From: Lytechinus pictus
Lineage: Eukaryota
NCBI RefSeq assembly: GCF_037042905.1
Contig: NC_087245.1
Span: 18,726,001 to 18,790,000 of the forward strand
Direction: 5' to 3'
DNA length: 64,000 nucleotides
Under the pieces are notes generated by a model, which did no database searches, was not told where the DNA came from, and saw only the letters and a list, made by a program, of their open reading frames with translations. The position numbers and the translations under genes are program-made. Position 1 is the stretch's first letter. Every line of letters begins with the position of its first letter. This document shows, in pieces, positions 15,001 to 30,000 of the stretch.

Positions 15001-18000
15001 GCCGCATCAGACCAAAAGATGGGAGTTGCTGCTGCCCTGTTTGGCATTGAACATTTAAGGGATAGAGCCTCATTGATCAGGCACTGAACAGTGGCTCCTG
15101 GGCCCACAATCAATTGGGCAAAATGAATTTTGTGAATATTTTTATTCTCAGATTTCTATTTCGAACAAAAAAATATAGATTTTCATGGATTTTTTTTTTT
15201 TCATAACTGTTCTTCCCAACTAGCATTTCTTCCGAGGCGTCATCGATGATCTCCAGAAGCTTAGCTATTCTTTCCTGGATGAGAAGAGATGGGTTGATGC
15301 CGGTGACTACCTCACCCAGTCTCTCATTCTCTTTGATTGCATCAAGAGGGCAGGATACCACAAGCGTGATGACAACCAGAGGGAAGAGAACACCCTTCTC
15401 CTTCGGGCAGCTTGCGGTCTTAAGCTGGTAGGTTGGTAGGCCCCCTGGCATGTCTTTAGGTGCCTCCTCACCGAATACGTTCTGCTACACCATGCCTTAG
15501 ACCATATCAAGTATATGGAATACTCCCCAGGGAGTGGAGGATGTGCACACCTTGTGTACGGGAATGACTGATTGAATCCGATGACCGGGGTAATAATATA
15601 TCTGTAACGCGTTTGACACGTTCCGATGTATTAAGCGCTATATAAAAGCGGATTATTATTATTATCATCAAATCATTCACAGAAAAAGTACGCAAAATGA
15701 TATAAAAATATATCATTATTTGTGATGGCTTTATAAGGGATGGGTGATAGTACCCTTGAAAATTTGTATTTCCAAGGTGGGCTTTACTTTGATGAAAAAA
15801 AATGGAGCACAGCTGTTAGAACTACAGGCAACAGATGCATTAGGCACTCGAGGTGAAATTTAAAGGCAAAAGGTCATCAAACTTTATTGGTATTCAATTA
15901 GTGGGAATCCCCAGAATCCATGCAGTGGGAATTCCCAGCATTCAAAGTTCATATTCTGTGTGCCTCCTAAGACATAGATAGATGAATAATTGGTAGGTTT
16001 TCAGGAAATATAGAAGGGACAATGAACCATACAAGATATAGACCACTCATCTGTATGAAAATTATGTATGTTTATTCTAGTCATTATTGCAATATTGGCA
16101 ATATAATTGATTGCTTGATTGAAGCAACAAAATAAGAAAAACAGATTGTTGAAAGTATGAAATAAATCATACAAGAAATAAATAGTTGTGTGGTTTTTTT
16201 TTTATCACTAAGAGTGTGTAAGTCTCAAATTGAGAAGGTTGTAATAGGCATAAGAGACTAGTCTTCCCCCTCCTCCTACCCCCTGCCCCCTCCCCCATTC
16301 CAAGGTAATAATCAAATTTAACATAGGCATTTTATGTTTTCAGGAAAGAAAAGTGCTCTGAGTAAAAAGTATTTTTTAAAGTTTACATTTTAGTAAATGT
16401 GTGTATTGGAGCAAATAGAATAGAACAGTAGACCATAACTTACACCATGTTGACATCACCTTTGCAGTCAGTTTGGAGTTATAGGTGCTGTGATTACAGA
16501 TTCTCACCACTTTTGAAAAAAAAAATCATTACTTTCATATTAAGTGTCCAGTAACTTCCACCTATCTGCTTCTCTGATTTTTTTCTTTAAGAAAAACTAT
16601 TAGGGTTTGGATTTTCCCATTATTTCAATATCTCTGAAACATTAGAGAATCTTTCCCATTGCACAAAAGTAATAACTATGGTAGCTTTGCCATCCTTTTG
16701 CAAATTGTGTGGATTTGAATTTTAATGACTTTGCAAAATTCCGTCTCCTGTAATTGTACGAAAACTACTGTGTTTTGGAACAAATTTAGGGGGAAAACCC
16801 AGAACAGACAAGATCAAACTTGCTATAGATATGAAAAGAATATTGTAGGAGAAAACAAAATTTTATGACTACTTTGTTTATATTTTTCTTCTCCTTATTT
16901 AGGGTGCATTTGATGTAGCTTTCAAGGATGCCACTAGAGGTATGTATGATGTTATATCCTTACTGTATTTGAAAAGGAAATCAGTATATAATAATCATTC
17001 ATGAAAAAATATAGAGTATTAAAAGTACAGCTTATCAGCATTCCAACGATCCGATGGTTGTGCTTCAATACACAAGTTCTAAAATACTAGTAGTAGTGCA
17101 AAATGTCATGTGGTTCTCTGTCAATCCCAATTGACTGATAATGAAACAGGAATGAATGCTTAGATTTTTAATGTTCATGTTTCTTTCATTTTTTATTCAT
17201 CATTGTGTCTTATTTGATTAGCAAGTTGAAAGTAAACCAGTTGCAGAACTTTTGTGCAAAATTTTTAGAGTTATCGTGTTCAGTGATGAATTGTCTTTAA
17301 TAGAAACCTGATCAAGCTAGTATACCGGTAATTGGATTTCTGTACTTTCAAGAGATGTAATTTTTATTGTTACTAGTTACACCTTGATCTGAACACACAA
17401 AATTATGTATTGATCGTGTCTGTATTATACTAAAATATAATAATTAAGATATCACAGAAGGAGCTGGATGACCAACATTGTCGCTGTTGTATATAATACC
17501 TCCCATTATATCCTCTATACATTTCAAATTGAATGCAAATTCATTCATTGTGTATATCCCATTATGCTTACTTGTCTAATTTACAAAATTTTTATTCAGT
17601 TTGTTTCAATATGATGGAACAAGCAGCTTTAGTTGATTAATCTCCTGTATTTATATTATTCCACATAATTATAATGTATACTGGTATGTGTTACTACAAT
17701 TTCTAAATATTTTGTTTTGTTACCCATGTAAATACTTTGACCTGCCATTCGTTTGGCATGAAACGATGGACCAGGGGCCGGTAACACAAAGCTTAGCAAT
17801 CGTCGTACAACTTTTTTACGATCAATTGCATTATTAAACTACAATGTACAGTGTACATGTACGTTGTTGACTACAATTTAATTATGAAAATCAAACATAC
17901 GATTAATTGCTAAGTGCTAACCTTTGTGTTATGGGAATAGGATCCTGGTCTTTTTATGCATACATGAAAAGAACTTGGTTCCATTGTTTGCTACATTATA

Positions 18001-21000
18001 AATGTCTTGAACTTGAATAAAGTCAAGATGAAACAACAATTTTTTTAAAAAGATATAAGAAATTTTGTCTTTCGTTGTTCTTAATGTATCTTGTTTTTCA
18101 GGGTTTTTTTTTTGCAAGTGATTGCAAGGGGTATCTCAAAGCTGTTTGAAAATTTATGCATGACTTCACAAACAGCTTGTGTAATGGCAACTGAAATGGA
18201 CATCTCAAAAACTTTTTTGCCTGAGCTAGAACTGCAATTTGAATTACATGTAACTCTTTTTTAGATATGTATACCTTTTTCAAGAAAGAGAACAGTTTTA
18301 CAGTTATATCAAAGATGGTTCAATCGGATTATTTGCTCTGTAGAAACAAATCGGTTTAAGGGTGATACGGTTTTTCGAGTCCAGAAAAGATAAACCATTT
18401 TTAACAATTCTCTGTAGAAACACACCGTTTGATGAACACGGTCATACCAGAAGTGAGAATAAGAAATTGATCATTGTCATAAATATTTGAATGGTGTAAG
18501 TAACAATCTTGTCTTTGTTTCAAAATTTTTTTTGTATAGTTTTGGAGAGTACTCTAGACAATCGCCATGCCCTAGAAATCAGAACTTTGGCAGAGGGCGA
18601 GATGTCGATCAACGAATTCCAGCGTTCTGGCATGTCGTTTCCCCTACGAGGAAAGATGGAAAAAGTGCGGAGGGATATTGAAAAATTATCAGAAAAACCT
18701 GTAAGTTGATAGAATAATGGGGAAGAAATAAGATATTTATTTTAGAATAATTTGAATTGATTTTGTAGCAGTTTTTCATAGCTCTGCAGTGCTTTTTGTA
18801 ATTCTCATTTGTGCATCTTTTGAATTCTGATTTGTCGTAGAAATCCAATATGGTTTGGGGCGGTGCAAGAGGTTCTGCGTATTTTTCTTGTATATTAACC
18901 CATTTGAGACTGAGCCCCATAAGTGTACTGGTATATGCAGGCGAGAGCCAATGGTAAACTTGTGTTATAGCAAAAAGTCATTCAGTCTCTGACTTGAATA
19001 GATGCCAACTGCTGAATTGTATTCCAAACGAAGATTCCTCATCGTTTCTCTGCAGTTCCAATGGGATAAAAGTCACATCGATCGCCTGAGTAAAAGACTG
19101 GAGGACATCTTGGGACCTAAGCCAGAAGTCAAACCCCAGACTGGATCTTGGGCTAGTCGGGTTAGCAACCAGCCCAGGGCCGCTACACCAGATGTATCCC
19201 AAGAGACGCATACTGTAGACAAGGGCTGGTTGCCCAAGAATGCTATCCCAAAACAACAGCAGCCTCAGAAACCACCTGTGAGTTAATTTTGATTTTATGG
19301 CAAGTTCCCCCCAAGTCTGCACAGTCCCCCTTGTCTGCGCACACGCGTATCTGCGCGATTCTAGTAAAAAGATACGCAACGAACAAAGACACATGCAATA
19401 CATAGACAGATATTCATTAGAAAATCCTACTCAAAATAATGAATTTTGGACGTTTCGTGTGACAGCCTCAAAATGCAGCCTTTCTCATCAAAATACCCGA
19501 ATCGTGTTCAAAGTGAATGGGTGCGCAGACATGGGGTACCATTTTTTTTTCAATCTGAAACTGACTGCCCAAAGTTTTTTTCAAGAAAATCCTATTTCTT
19601 TCAAATTCGTATGAGATACATGTAATGGTACACTTACTGATAAGGAACATTATTAACTGAAAGATTTTGTGAAATAAAAAGAAATTCATGTTAAATCTTA
19701 ACTCAAATTGCTAGGTGCGCAGACTTGGGGACCACCATCATACTTCCCTAATCTAATTATATACTGTGAATTGACATGGGCAGATCCAATTCATAAACAA
19801 AGGGGTTTGTTTATTTTCTGACAAGCAAAAGAAAAAAAAATAGTTCTTTCATACTCAAAATAGGAAGTGATTGTAAAAAATTACAAGTAAAAAGGAACTA
19901 CAAGTAGCGGGGGTAAGGGTACATCCACCTGTTTCTTTGAATCTGTGCCTGAATTGATTGCTTATAAGAAAGAAGTCTGAAACTTGAAGGACGGTTATAT
20001 TTAATGATAATAAACACATATAAACGGCGCTTTATACGTATGTTTAAAAGTGCACAGGTTGGCTGACTTACTAATATAAACAATGCATCAATTAATGAAA
20101 AATAAATATACTTGTAAAGAAAAAAGATGAGTTTTGAGTATAAAGGATTTGAATATTTTAACAGAGGTGGCATTTTGAATATGAGTGGGGAGTTTGAGAA
20201 ATAGCCCATAGATTATAATGTGAAGTTTAAGTAAAGTGTTATTTCTCTGGGGAGGAGTGGAGGGGGGAGGGCCTACATGTATGTATGTTATCGTAACCAT
20301 AGATTACTGGAATTAATATAATTTTGTTCATGTACATTATTTAATTAAACAAAGGTACATGCCTGTTTCTTATTGTTCCTCTTTCAGAAAGGAAAGAAGA
20401 AAGGTCGCTCTAGGAGACAGAACAGACCTAGGAAAGATGTGGAGGTCACCTACTCAGAGCAAGATGATGATGATGAGGAGGAAGAGGATGAAACTGATTC
20501 AGAGATGAATACCAGTGGCTCTACCACTTCATCACCAGGTGGTACTCCTGAAAGAGGTAAACTTGTTGGCCTGTACTCTGAATTCTGGTGTAACTTATAG
20601 GTCAAGTCCACCCCAGAAAAATGTTTATTTGAATAAACAGAAAAAAATCAAACTAGCATAACACTGAAAATTTCATCAAAATCGGATGTAAATTAAGAAA
20701 GTTATAACATTTTTAAGTTTCGCTTATTTTTCACAAAACAGTGATATGCCCAACTCAGTAACATGCAAATGAAACGATTGATCATGTCCCTCACTATTTT
20801 GTTTTCTATTGTTTGAATTATACAATATTTCATTTGACATTTACAGATTTGACAATAAAAACCAACTTGACTCTATCATGTTGTATCAAACAATGCTAAT
20901 TCCACTTGTTCATGAAGGAATTAATTGTTGTTTCACTTGACCATGAGGAGAAAATTAGAATTTCCCTTTTTTCATATAATAAAATACAAAAGAAATAGTG

Positions 21001-24000
21001 AGTGGATGACACTTATCAGTCTCCTCATTTGCATACTGACCAGGATGTGCATATAACTGTTTTGTGAAATTAAGCAAAACTTTAAAATGTCATATCTTTC
21101 TTATTTTACATCCGATTTGGATGAAATTTCAGTGTTATTTTTGTGGGATTTTTCTCTTTTTATTCAAATCAACTTTTTGTCGGGGTGGACTTGTCCTTTA
21201 AGCATTCAAAAGGATCTCAGTAAACATTAGAAACAAATTTTATTGCCATCTCTGGCTTCCCAAGGGTTTATAGCACAGACATTCAGTACACCATGACTAA
21301 CATAAGTTAAGAATAAGGGCCATTGTGAAAAAAAAGATAAGTCTTATTATTGTTATTTTCACTTGTAAACAACAACTGAATCCTGAAAGAATCCAACAAA
21401 ATGACTATCAAGTGTCTGTGTATGTATAGATTGATAAAATGTACCAAATTATTCTTTACTCATACATGTAGGTATGATTAAAGTGCCCATCAAGTGCTTA
21501 CTTGTGTTGATGATTTTCAGTGTTACTCTGTGATTTGTTTGAACTTTCTGGGTTGATATTACAACAATTTTACAATATTACAACATGGAACTCTCTGAGA
21601 ACGTGAATTTAATAGAAACCTATGGGTATTGTTTCACTGAAAAAAAAATTGCATAACAGAATTCAGGTATTTTGGGGGGTAAAAAGTCCTGATTATTCTA
21701 TCTATCAGATGCATTTTTTTGTTACGAGATTAGATATTGAGATGGGTCCTGCTTTGTTATTCTTGTTCACGAGCAGGCATTGCTGGACTTGATGACTTTG
21801 GCGTTTCTCCTCCTGCATCAAAGTCCCATGTAAGTCTTTACCCCACCCCTCTCCTCTCTTGTACCTTGCTTTTATTTCATGAAAGACTTGGTTTCAAAAG
21901 GAAATTGATCCACTTTTGATGAAAATTGAATAGCAGATTATAATTTACATAGGGACCTCTCTTCTAACAGAAAATTTTAACCTTGGTTGTAAGAGCATTT
22001 ATAAGAAAATTAATCACTCAATGTCATTTGTTATAGATTATTGTACAAAATATGTTTAGAAACACATTTTTCTCTAAATTGATAAAAAGATTGATTTCTT
22101 GTTACCTTGGTCCTGTTACATGAAAGAAAAACTCTTGCAATTTTTTGGCCAGAGTTTTTCACTGTGTTATTGTCAATGGCATAATTTTGTTTTTGTTTAT
22201 TTGACAGGTGTTTTTTTTATCACAAAAGTTTTATGCAACAGGCCCCTTGTAGAACAGAGGAATTCATTTATATATGTGCTGAAAAACAAATTGAGATCAT
22301 ATTTTTTTCTCAATCCTTGCATTTAATTTTAAAATTTTGGTCAATAATTTGCTTTTTTCCCCTGGATTCCATGTGTGATATTGGAAAAAAAACGAAACAT
22401 AAAAACAATTTTATCAAGGGGATAATCACTTTGGTAAACTGTTTGTCTCCTGTAAGCAAAAAACTGTTTTAAACAATTTGGCAAAAAATAAATGAATAAA
22501 ACATTTGTTCATTATAACTTTGAAGAATACATTATTTCATATTTTGAAGATTTTTTTTTCTGACTTTCAGATCAATCAATTTGCGAGCCGATTTACTGGG
22601 TGAAAGCCAGAAATGTGGTTACATTAATCCAACATATTGTTTCATCAGTCATATTTTCTGAGCATGTTATTACCAAGTTCGTATTTCCACTTTCGTAAAG
22701 TTTTTACTTCTGGTCCTCGTTTTTCCCTTTTTTTCTTAATCCTTTTTCTTTTTATTTTGTTTTCTAATTAAAAATCCAAGAAGAATCATGAAGGTCTGTC
22801 TGATCTGGATGTTGACCTGGGCTATCGGACACCTAAGTGTAAGTTTTCTTCAAGGAAATTAAAAATGGTGTGGCAGATCTATAGTATATACAACAAATGA
22901 TCCTATAGAGAAAAAAGGCAATGATGAGTTGAAGAAATAAGTGAAACAAAACCATTTGGAATGAATCCAGATGGTTCAGGCATTTTATTTATTAAATCTG
23001 AAATAATTCATGTCTTACGTTTGACATTGTCAAAATTTAAATGGGATAATAATGGATATTTAGAGGCGCTAAAAACAAAAAGTACCATAGCACGTACAAT
23101 GTATGAATAATTTTATGCTTTTAAGAATTTAATTTTCAAAGAGACTTAAACTTTTGTTATTACATGTACTTACAAAAAAAAAAACTATTTCATGATTTTT
23201 ATACTATGTAAAAGGATCTAACAATCAATGACCTATGAACAAAATAATCAACTTTAATGAATACAAATTGTTTTATATCTTTACACAGATAAACACAAAC
23301 CTCCTCAGAAAATAGGCGAACACCCTCAGACCCCACAGCCAAATATGCAGCGGGCAGCTATGAATGGTCAGCGGCCGGCTGTGAATGGGCAGCGGCCGGT
23401 AATGAATGGGCAGCGGCCGGTAATGAATGGGCAGCGGCCGGTAATGAATGGTCAGCAGCGGTCATCCCCCATCAATGGAGCTGTCCCAAAGGCATCCCCT
23501 CAGGTTCCCAAATCTCAAAGCCTAACCACCTTTGCCACCTGCCCCCCTCCACCAACTATATCTGCAGAATCACGCCAGTGGTTGGCCGGTCATGAGTTTA
23601 GACTCGCTTGTGAAATCTGCTTTACGCCAGTGCCTAATCAGTTTGGGATCTACTCTTTCAGGTACTGGGTCAGATGCATAAAAAGTAGCAATTGCTGCCA
23701 AGCAATTGCTTCAAGCACAGGCAATAGCTAGCCAAGCAAAAGATCATGCTTTACAATTGCTAGCAGTTTGAACGATAGTGACGTCACGCTGGTGCGAACA
23801 CGACTCACAGAAAAGGCGGGACTTGAACGCAAAGGTGTGGCAGTGCAAATCACCGCTTCTTTCCTAAAACATCTTTTCCTCAGACGGGTTATCAAACTGA
23901 CTTGTTTCTTTTTGATAAATTTATATATTTGACATTTAATTTGCATTTATTAAGAAGAAAATATGTACATGTAGGCTACGGTACACCTTGGGTATTTTCT

Positions 24001-27000
24001 CTGGTGCATAAACATGATTAAAAACGCGAACACCCTGATCAAGCAAAAGCTCATGCTGCTCTGACGGAGCTTGAAAAAACCCAAGCAAGTGCTTAAACGT
24101 ACAAGCGAAATGTTCGCTTTATGCATATGCCTTTTAGCAATAGCTTTATCGTCAAGGAAATGCTAGCAGTCAGTTAGTGATTGCTTGAACTTACTAGCAA
24201 AAGTATTTTCTCGCTCATTTTTATGCATACGGAATCAAGCAAAAGGCTCGAAAAAGCAATTGCTACTTTTTATCCATCTGACAGATCGATTAATTTGTTG
24301 AATGTACTTTCACATAGGTGGTTGTAGGTTTTTTTTTATGGGCTATCCAGTTTGCATCATAACACATATTATTTAGACCCTTTTGTGATAAATTTACAAA
24401 CTTCGATACGGGAAATAGAAGTCCCACTTTGTGAATTAACACCACTTTGATTGAGACCCAAATATTGTTGTTGATTTTTTTCTTTTGATTTCTAGATTGA
24501 ACAGGAATCCCGGTCACAAGCCTGCCTGTAAAGGTGGCATGCTGGTCTGCCTCCTTCGTGTACCTCCCAAGAATGGACTGAGAGAAGTCTACGGTCGTAT
24601 CCGCCCTCGTGTTAAGCAAGACTTCAAGGGCAGATATGCCCTCTGTCAACAGTTTGCAGCAGGAATACCATGCAAGGTACGAATTTCCAATGAACGTTCC
24701 TTCAAGGAATTTCTTTGTGATTGTCACAATCAAGTGTTAACTTCTGAAATCTTTGTATTAAACGAGCTTAGATGAATAAAAAAATCTATGAAAATATCTG
24801 GGAGGTTCTTTCATGAATTGATACTTTAAAGCTAGATTTTCAGAGGATCGTTCAATCATCCACTTTTTGTCACATTTTTGTGACAAATTACTGTTATCGT
24901 ATGTTTTTAATTGTGATGTCTGATAATAGTCATTTTAAACAGGATTGTATATTGGAGTATTAGATTGTGCAGAGCCAGCTGGAGCTAATTTCAGGTGTTT
25001 AAATTATCCCTTTCAAAATTTGCTTCTGAAATATATAGGGGGATTTCATCATGATCTACTGTTCATCTAAATATGTTAACCAAGACCTTGGTGGATTACT
25101 TTGCTATCGTCCAAAGTCAGGATTTTTTGCATTCCTTTAATATGAGGATAGAAATGCTAGGTATTATGTACAACAGTAGGGTAGAGAGTCTTGTATCTTG
25201 TACTGTGGAGGTTATTTGATGTGACGTGTAATTACTGTCAGAAAAAAAAATTGATTTTGAAATACTTTATTCAATTTCAGATAAGTTCAGTAAGCTGTTG
25301 GTTTCCTCATAGCAATGAAGAGATGGAAGTATGGGAAGCAGACAGGAATGGTCGCTTCAATGGAAGGGAGATCGTAACCTGGTTGCGTTATGAGCTCAAT
25401 AAAGATATCTTTGAAATGAAACAACAGGCCATTGCCAAAAGCAAGGCTACCAGTCAAGCCCCACAGGCCCCAGGAGCATATCCAAACAAGGCCCCTACTC
25501 CTGCAGGAGCAGTCCCACCTGGGACTAAGGGCAGTGCTCCACCTCCTGGGGCGTATCCATCTGCCCAGAAAGGTGCACAAGCCCCGGGAGCATACCCTCA
25601 TGCTACATTGCTGAGCCAGAATGGGTTCCAACAGCCACCTGCTGTAATCCGGACAGCGCCCCCATTGCTGCCAACTCCTTCCCCGCAGCCATCCCAAGGA
25701 CCTCCGCCACCTTTGGCCAGTAGGGTCCTTGATCCGCAGGTGAGGGAAAAGCTCACAATCCTCATCAAAAACCTTGGAGGTCAGTTTCTCTACCTGTGTA
25801 GGCTTTGCTTCGATGATGCTCCTCAGGTCCTCAGCGTCCAGAACAGTTCAAACCCAGACATATGTACAGGGGAAAAGAGGCACAAATGGAATGGTCCTAA
25901 TCGATGCCTTGTACACCGTCTGTGCCAGGGTGGCAGGGATCGCTATTGGAAGATTCGAAAGCGCCCCAACGGAATTCCACCCAAGGCTTTCCTCTGCTGG
26001 CATCGTGATAAGACTTATGGGTGCCCTATAGGTCCCAAGTGCAGCTTTGCCCACAACGAGGTACTTATAAACCACAATTCGTACATCTCTTTTTTACACG
26101 ATTGTTCTCAGTCCCTGAAGATTCTTAGAGAAGGTGGAAAAGAATTCAAGTGAAATTAAGTGTTTTATCAAGATATATCAAAGAATTAGCAAATGAATAA
26201 ATATTCCTGGGAGAACTGTAGTGAATTTTCCTGGTATACACGTAAAAGTGTCATGTAATGATTTTTTATAATTCTATGCATGAACTGTCGGCAATTTTGA
26301 CATTTAATGTAGTCATATTTTGTAAGGTACATAATAGCAGAAAAATCTCCTTGGAGCCAATGTCAATAATAGGGGAACTTAAGGGCAAGCAAGGCAGTTG
26401 AGATGGGCACCTAATACCTTGACGACCTCGGGTTACAGTGGAAATGATGCCCAGATATTGTAATTATTTTTTACAGATTGAAACTTGCCTCTGGTTATAT
26501 GAAGCTTATCAGCCATTGGACCGTGAGATGCTTGTACGTGTCAGCCATGAGTTGATCTATGGTCCTCCTGTTCAAGCTCGCCCAGCCCCGAGCAAACCTG
26601 CTCCCACTCACGCTTCAGCTCCAACTCCAGCTACTGCTCCATTTATGCAGCAACAAGCAGCTCCAACTCTACAACAGCCTCAAAGATTAATCTTCCATTA
26701 TAAGATCAAGGTTCGTACTCAAGAATCATTAGGATTTGGAGACTTTCAAGTATATTCACAATAATAGCATTGAAGTGTAAAGGTGCCATGTTTAACGACT
26801 ATGGAAACCTACATTTCGACTGGTATCTGAGTGCTGTTTCCATGATAGTTAATATGATGGTAAAGTTATTATCCTCATAAGTTCTGTATGAAATGGGTCC
26901 CTGGTACGTAGATGCAATACCTTGTCACAGTTCTAAGCCTTTGTTGAGTCAACATAGTGTAGGGTTCAGGGGCCTGTCTAACAAAGAGTTGTGATTGATC

Positions 27001-30000
27001 CGATCAATCGCAAGTATGGAAAGCCAGCAAAGTCAACATAAAAAATGCATGTTAGCTCAAAATTTTCTCTACATATGAATGTATATCCATAAATTCATTG
27101 ATTACTTGACAATTTGGTGTGTTCTCCTTTGTTTTTAAAGAACATTTTGCAAATTTCCTGTAGAAAAATTATGACACTGATGGATTTCCATAGAGTTACG
27201 ATTGATTGGATCAATCATAATTCTTTGTAAGATGGGGCCCTGATATCTTCTATAATCATCTGCGATCCAAACCTTTCATAAAGGCTTACAAATATAATTA
27301 TCTTAGATGCTTTGCAGACCTTGTTACCAATCCTGGCAAGTAGAACTATTGTACTTGACAATCCTCACTAACAGTTACAAAGATAAAAGTTCGGTATAAT
27401 TGGACTACACAAAAGTGGTTTGTCTGACCATAGAAACAGTTATTTTTTTTAATGTCAAGAATGTAAAGGCGTTTGAAGCACAATCCTCTGCAGTAGACCA
27501 TTTTTGTCTCGCCGCATAGTAGAGCGAGACTATTATAGGCGCCGCTTTTCCAACGGCGGCGGCGTCAACATCAAACCTTAACCAAAGTTTAAGATTTTGA
27601 AATGTCATGACTTGAAAAGTAAATGGCCTTGTTCGTGAAACTTGGACATAATGGTTATCAAGTATTACTGAACATCCTGCCAGAGTTTGAGGTCACATGA
27701 CCAAGGTCATGTAGGGTCAATGAACTTAGACCTTGGGGGAATCAACAACTTAGCCAAAGGTTAAGTTTTTGAAATGCCATTATTACTTAGAGAAAGTATA
27801 TGGACCTTGTTCATAAAACTTGGACATAAGGGTAATCAAGTATTACTGAAAATTGTGCCTGAGTTTCAGGTCACATGACCAAGGTCAAAGGTCATTTAGG
27901 GTCAACAAACTTTGGCCATTTTGGGGGTATTTGTTTATTTCCATCATAACTTTGAAAGTTTATGGTTCTGGTTCATGAAACTTAAACCTAATAGTAATCA
28001 AGTATCACTGAACATCTTTTGTGAGTTTCAGGTGACATGACCAAGGTCAAAGGTCATTTAGGATAAAAAAAACGTAGATTATGTTGGGGGAATCAAAAGG
28101 AAATCTTAACCAAGGTTTAAATTTTTAAATATCCTAACTCTAAAAGTGTATAGATCTACTTTTTGAAACTTGGACATAAAAATAATCAAGCATCAGTGAA
28201 CATCCTGCGTGAGTTTTAGGTCACATGACCAAGGTCAATGAACTTTGTCTGTGTTGGGGGTATTTGTGGAATTGCTATCAGAACTTTGAAAGTTTATGGA
28301 TATAGATCATGAAATGGGAACATACGGGTAATCAAGTGTCACTGATCATAGTATTTTTTCATCATATGAATGGTGGGTTTTTTTGTGAATGATTATTCTA
28401 TAGTCGTTTTCAAAATCAGCACTGCTGCTATATTGATTCATGTAATGCAGGCGAGACTGCCAGAGGCATTCCTCTTGTTCATAACATTCTTCCTAGATAT
28501 CATTTGAAAGCTTGCAAATGATATTCCTCTATCCTACAATTGTATTTCCACTTTCAGCTTCCGTTTTACCTCTATTAAGTTTCATTAACATTTCCCCTTA
28601 TGACCTTCAACCTCTCAATCTCCGTCTCCTTTCTATGAGCTTTGCATTGTTTATAACATAACCCTCCTTCACATTTAAAGTTTCTGTGGGATATTTGATG
28701 GCTGTATAACTCATTATCTTCTCCTACACAGTTGGCATGTGGGCTCTGTTTCACCAAGACCAAGCAGGTAGTCGAGCAGAACCCTCGAAAGCGCAACCAA
28801 TGTCCCAAGGGTCATCCATGGGGCAAGAACCCTATCTACTTCTTGGAGTCCAGTGGCAGATGGCTACGGATCCAAGGCAGGCACCCCCGTCTCCGTCCTG
28901 AAGTGGAGCCAGTTGTCTGCAGGAAGGGAGACAAGTGCCAGTACAGTGTGATTCACAACAACCAATGCATGTACCCTCATTCGCCTGAAGAGCGTTTGCT
29001 ATGGATATACCAGGTTAAGGCCAAAGGTAATGATCCTCATGGAATGGGAGGGAGATCAAAGCACCAGACGTGCAAACTATCAATTGATAAAGCGGTAGCT
29101 GAAAGAAACGGGAATCAGGGATGCCAGAGTTCTGGCTATAGCCAGAATTCTGGCTTTTTTCATTTTTTTGACTGGCTGGTCAAGTTTTCTCAGGCCTGAT
29201 AGAACAGTCACCAGCCAGGCATGGCTGTTCAGAGAGCACCGCATACCATACAATATGCAACCCGGAAGTTGCAGCGGCCTTTTGCTCCCGCATTACGCTT
29301 AGACCCCATGTCTGCCGTTAGCTTGCCTTCAACTTGATTTCTGTGCAAATTCAATGCGGTAGACCTTTTTCTTTTTTGATTGGTCATTTTGAAAATACTA
29401 TAGTAAGTTTACGAGAGCGCTTGTGAACTCGGAACAAACCACAGATTTCTTCATTTTTAGCGCATTTTTTGACGACCTTGCTTTTTAGATTTGAGCCAAG
29501 CTGCCGCATGCTCTGGAAATATGGCAAAGATTCCGCATTTATGAAAGGAAAATTAGACTTTTAAAAGGAGATTTTGGACCTGAAATCGGGACTTTCATGG
29601 GGAGAATGATACATGTAGTACCTGTGTATATGATAAAGTGTTTAATGTGTGTTGTGCACTGTGGTGATTGCCTGTGCTGTAGAAACAGATAAATGAGTAT
29701 GCCATGTGGAATGGAGGCACATGTCAAATTACGGGCATGTAGTAAACTTCATCAAGACATCATTATTGCTTATATATTATGTTATTCAAACGTGAGCTAA
29801 ATTTTGGGACAAATGATACCTGAAATAGGCTCAGATTGAATCAGAGACCATTTAGAACCCTAGAGCTTGGGGAATCCTGGACCCCGACCGGAAGAGACCT
29901 TGCGCACATAACTTACCTTCTGAGAAATTTTCTGGGCTCTGGACAATTTGCCACTGGCATCCCTGAAGAATGAATCCCTAATTTGTGAAGAAATAAATTT

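Noticed and set aside
14938..15010. tRNA gene
   Set aside because: A and B boxes are present, but the acceptor stem pairs poorly and the sequence runs into a SINE-like body.
22571..22599. Possible extra micro-exon (INQFASRFT)
   Set aside because: Good acceptor but weak donor, and its phase would break the frame between exons 8 and 9.
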